The notes below the pieces were generated by a model that ran no database searches, was not told the DNA's origin, and saw only the letters and a program-made list of their open reading frames with translations. From positions 558,001 to 622,000 of the forward strand of contig JALMLS010000507.1 in NCBI GenBank assembly GCA_038496445.1: DNA of 64,000 nt, in the 5' to 3' direction. Numbering within the stretch: the first letter of the stretch is position 1; the number at the start of each line of letters is the position of its first letter. Both the position numbers and the translations under genes were made by a program. This DNA comes from Trichosphaerium sp. ATCC 40318. Taxonomy: Eukaryota; Protista; Tubulinea. This document shows, in pieces, positions 63,006 through 64,000 of this stretch.

Positions 63006-64000
63006 CTAATTGTTTGAAATGTTTTTACTCACTATGAACGAAATAACTGGTCCTAATGCCTCGTGCAAGCGAGTTACTAAGTATTTAACGTACCCTTATC
63101 CAATATATATCGGCTCATAAGATACATAGAGGTGTAAGTAAGTGAGATTACCAAACCAAAATTGTTTTAGTTATCCCAATTACTTTGTACATAGTTTTTT
63201 CTGTGTGCCAGTCTCTGGAGGGACGTTGACGTTGTTGTATCGAATTACACTTGTACCACTTAATTCTCGATTGGGAAGGGCACTGGAAAAGGTCAAAAAG
63301 ATGATGGCGAGTTTGAAATTATACAGAATTTCGCTAAACGAGGCGAAGATAATTAGAACCCTGAGCGACTGTACTAGTTCGTAGTTAAAGAAAAAAAAAA
63401 CAGAAACGGCTAGCGCTTGCAACGAAAAGAGACAACATGACGCAAACAAGCGTTTGGGGAATCAATATAAACAGCAAGAGACATTAATGCGGCGTACGAC
63501 TAACTTACGCGCGTAGTCACTATACATGCAGCAACGTTGAGAACTACACAACAATAAGACCTACAATGTACTATCTTCCTTCTTAGGACATTTTTTACGA
63601 TAAAACGAGTTTCGAAAACAACGACTAGTGTGTGAATATACCTAATCAATAGTAGTAACACGTCACAAACCTTGTTGGCTAACAAACAAAGGTGAGTTGT
63701 ATGTTCGTTTTTTCACTTGACGCAGTTCTGACAGTTTTTTCTTTTGCTTTCAAAACCTCTAGAACGCAAGTGTATAAATGTGGCTAGATGTATCTACCAT
63801 GTATTACCTCAAAATTTTAAGCTGTTCCTATTTAGTACGTACACAGTTGATTTTGAGGTTAGTTTCCTTATTAGTAAACACAAAACTTATACACGGCGAA
63901 AGCAATTCTTGCTCTTTATCGTTAACTCAAACATCAAATACGTAGTAGTTAACCAATATGAGCACAACGGACCTTGACAGTACGTATCTCTCTTCTTGTG
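63006..64000 (-). CDS. Probable 3' part of an unidentified spliced gene
   Basis: Minus-strand GTACGT/GTAAGT donors and TAG acceptors flank short open segments; no recognisable domain. Confidence 0.3.

Overview
Eukaryotic nuclear DNA: AT-rich, gene-dense, with many short (~40-100 nt) spliceosomal introns, usually GTACG...YAG. It is most likely an amoebozoan protist, given an ABP34-type actin bundler, an ankyrin-RasGAP and F-box/MORN and F-box/LRR genes. The ORF track mostly shows exon fragments, so I rebuilt about 30 genes by eye; many outer boundaries are approximate. Recognisable genes include RPL15, DPM2, PP2C, alpha-SNAP, NADAR-SAM, Hv1, POP7, a sirtuin, an Ariadne E3, an ATP9/NEO1 flippase, an SH3BGR-like protein, an N-acylated Rab-like GTPase and a class 3 lipase, plus a normal tRNA-Val(TAC). 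Two things stand out. (1) A pair of paralogous coiled-coil genes (12581-13602 and 42420-43451), each near a tRNA locus. Their ~430-nt GC-AG first intron looks better conserved than their exons. It holds two near-identical ~80-nt intron-like units at an exact 126-nt period, each enclosed by covarying stems, followed by a pre-miRNA-like hairpin. (2) A circularly permuted tRNA-Lys(TTT) (41574-41654, minus) with its 3' half upstream of its 5' half, followed by a GC-rich structured trailer and a T-run. Other oddities are F-box-profilin and PH-HMA fusions, an Hv1 with Arg at the Asn214-equivalent position, and CACGTG enrichment.
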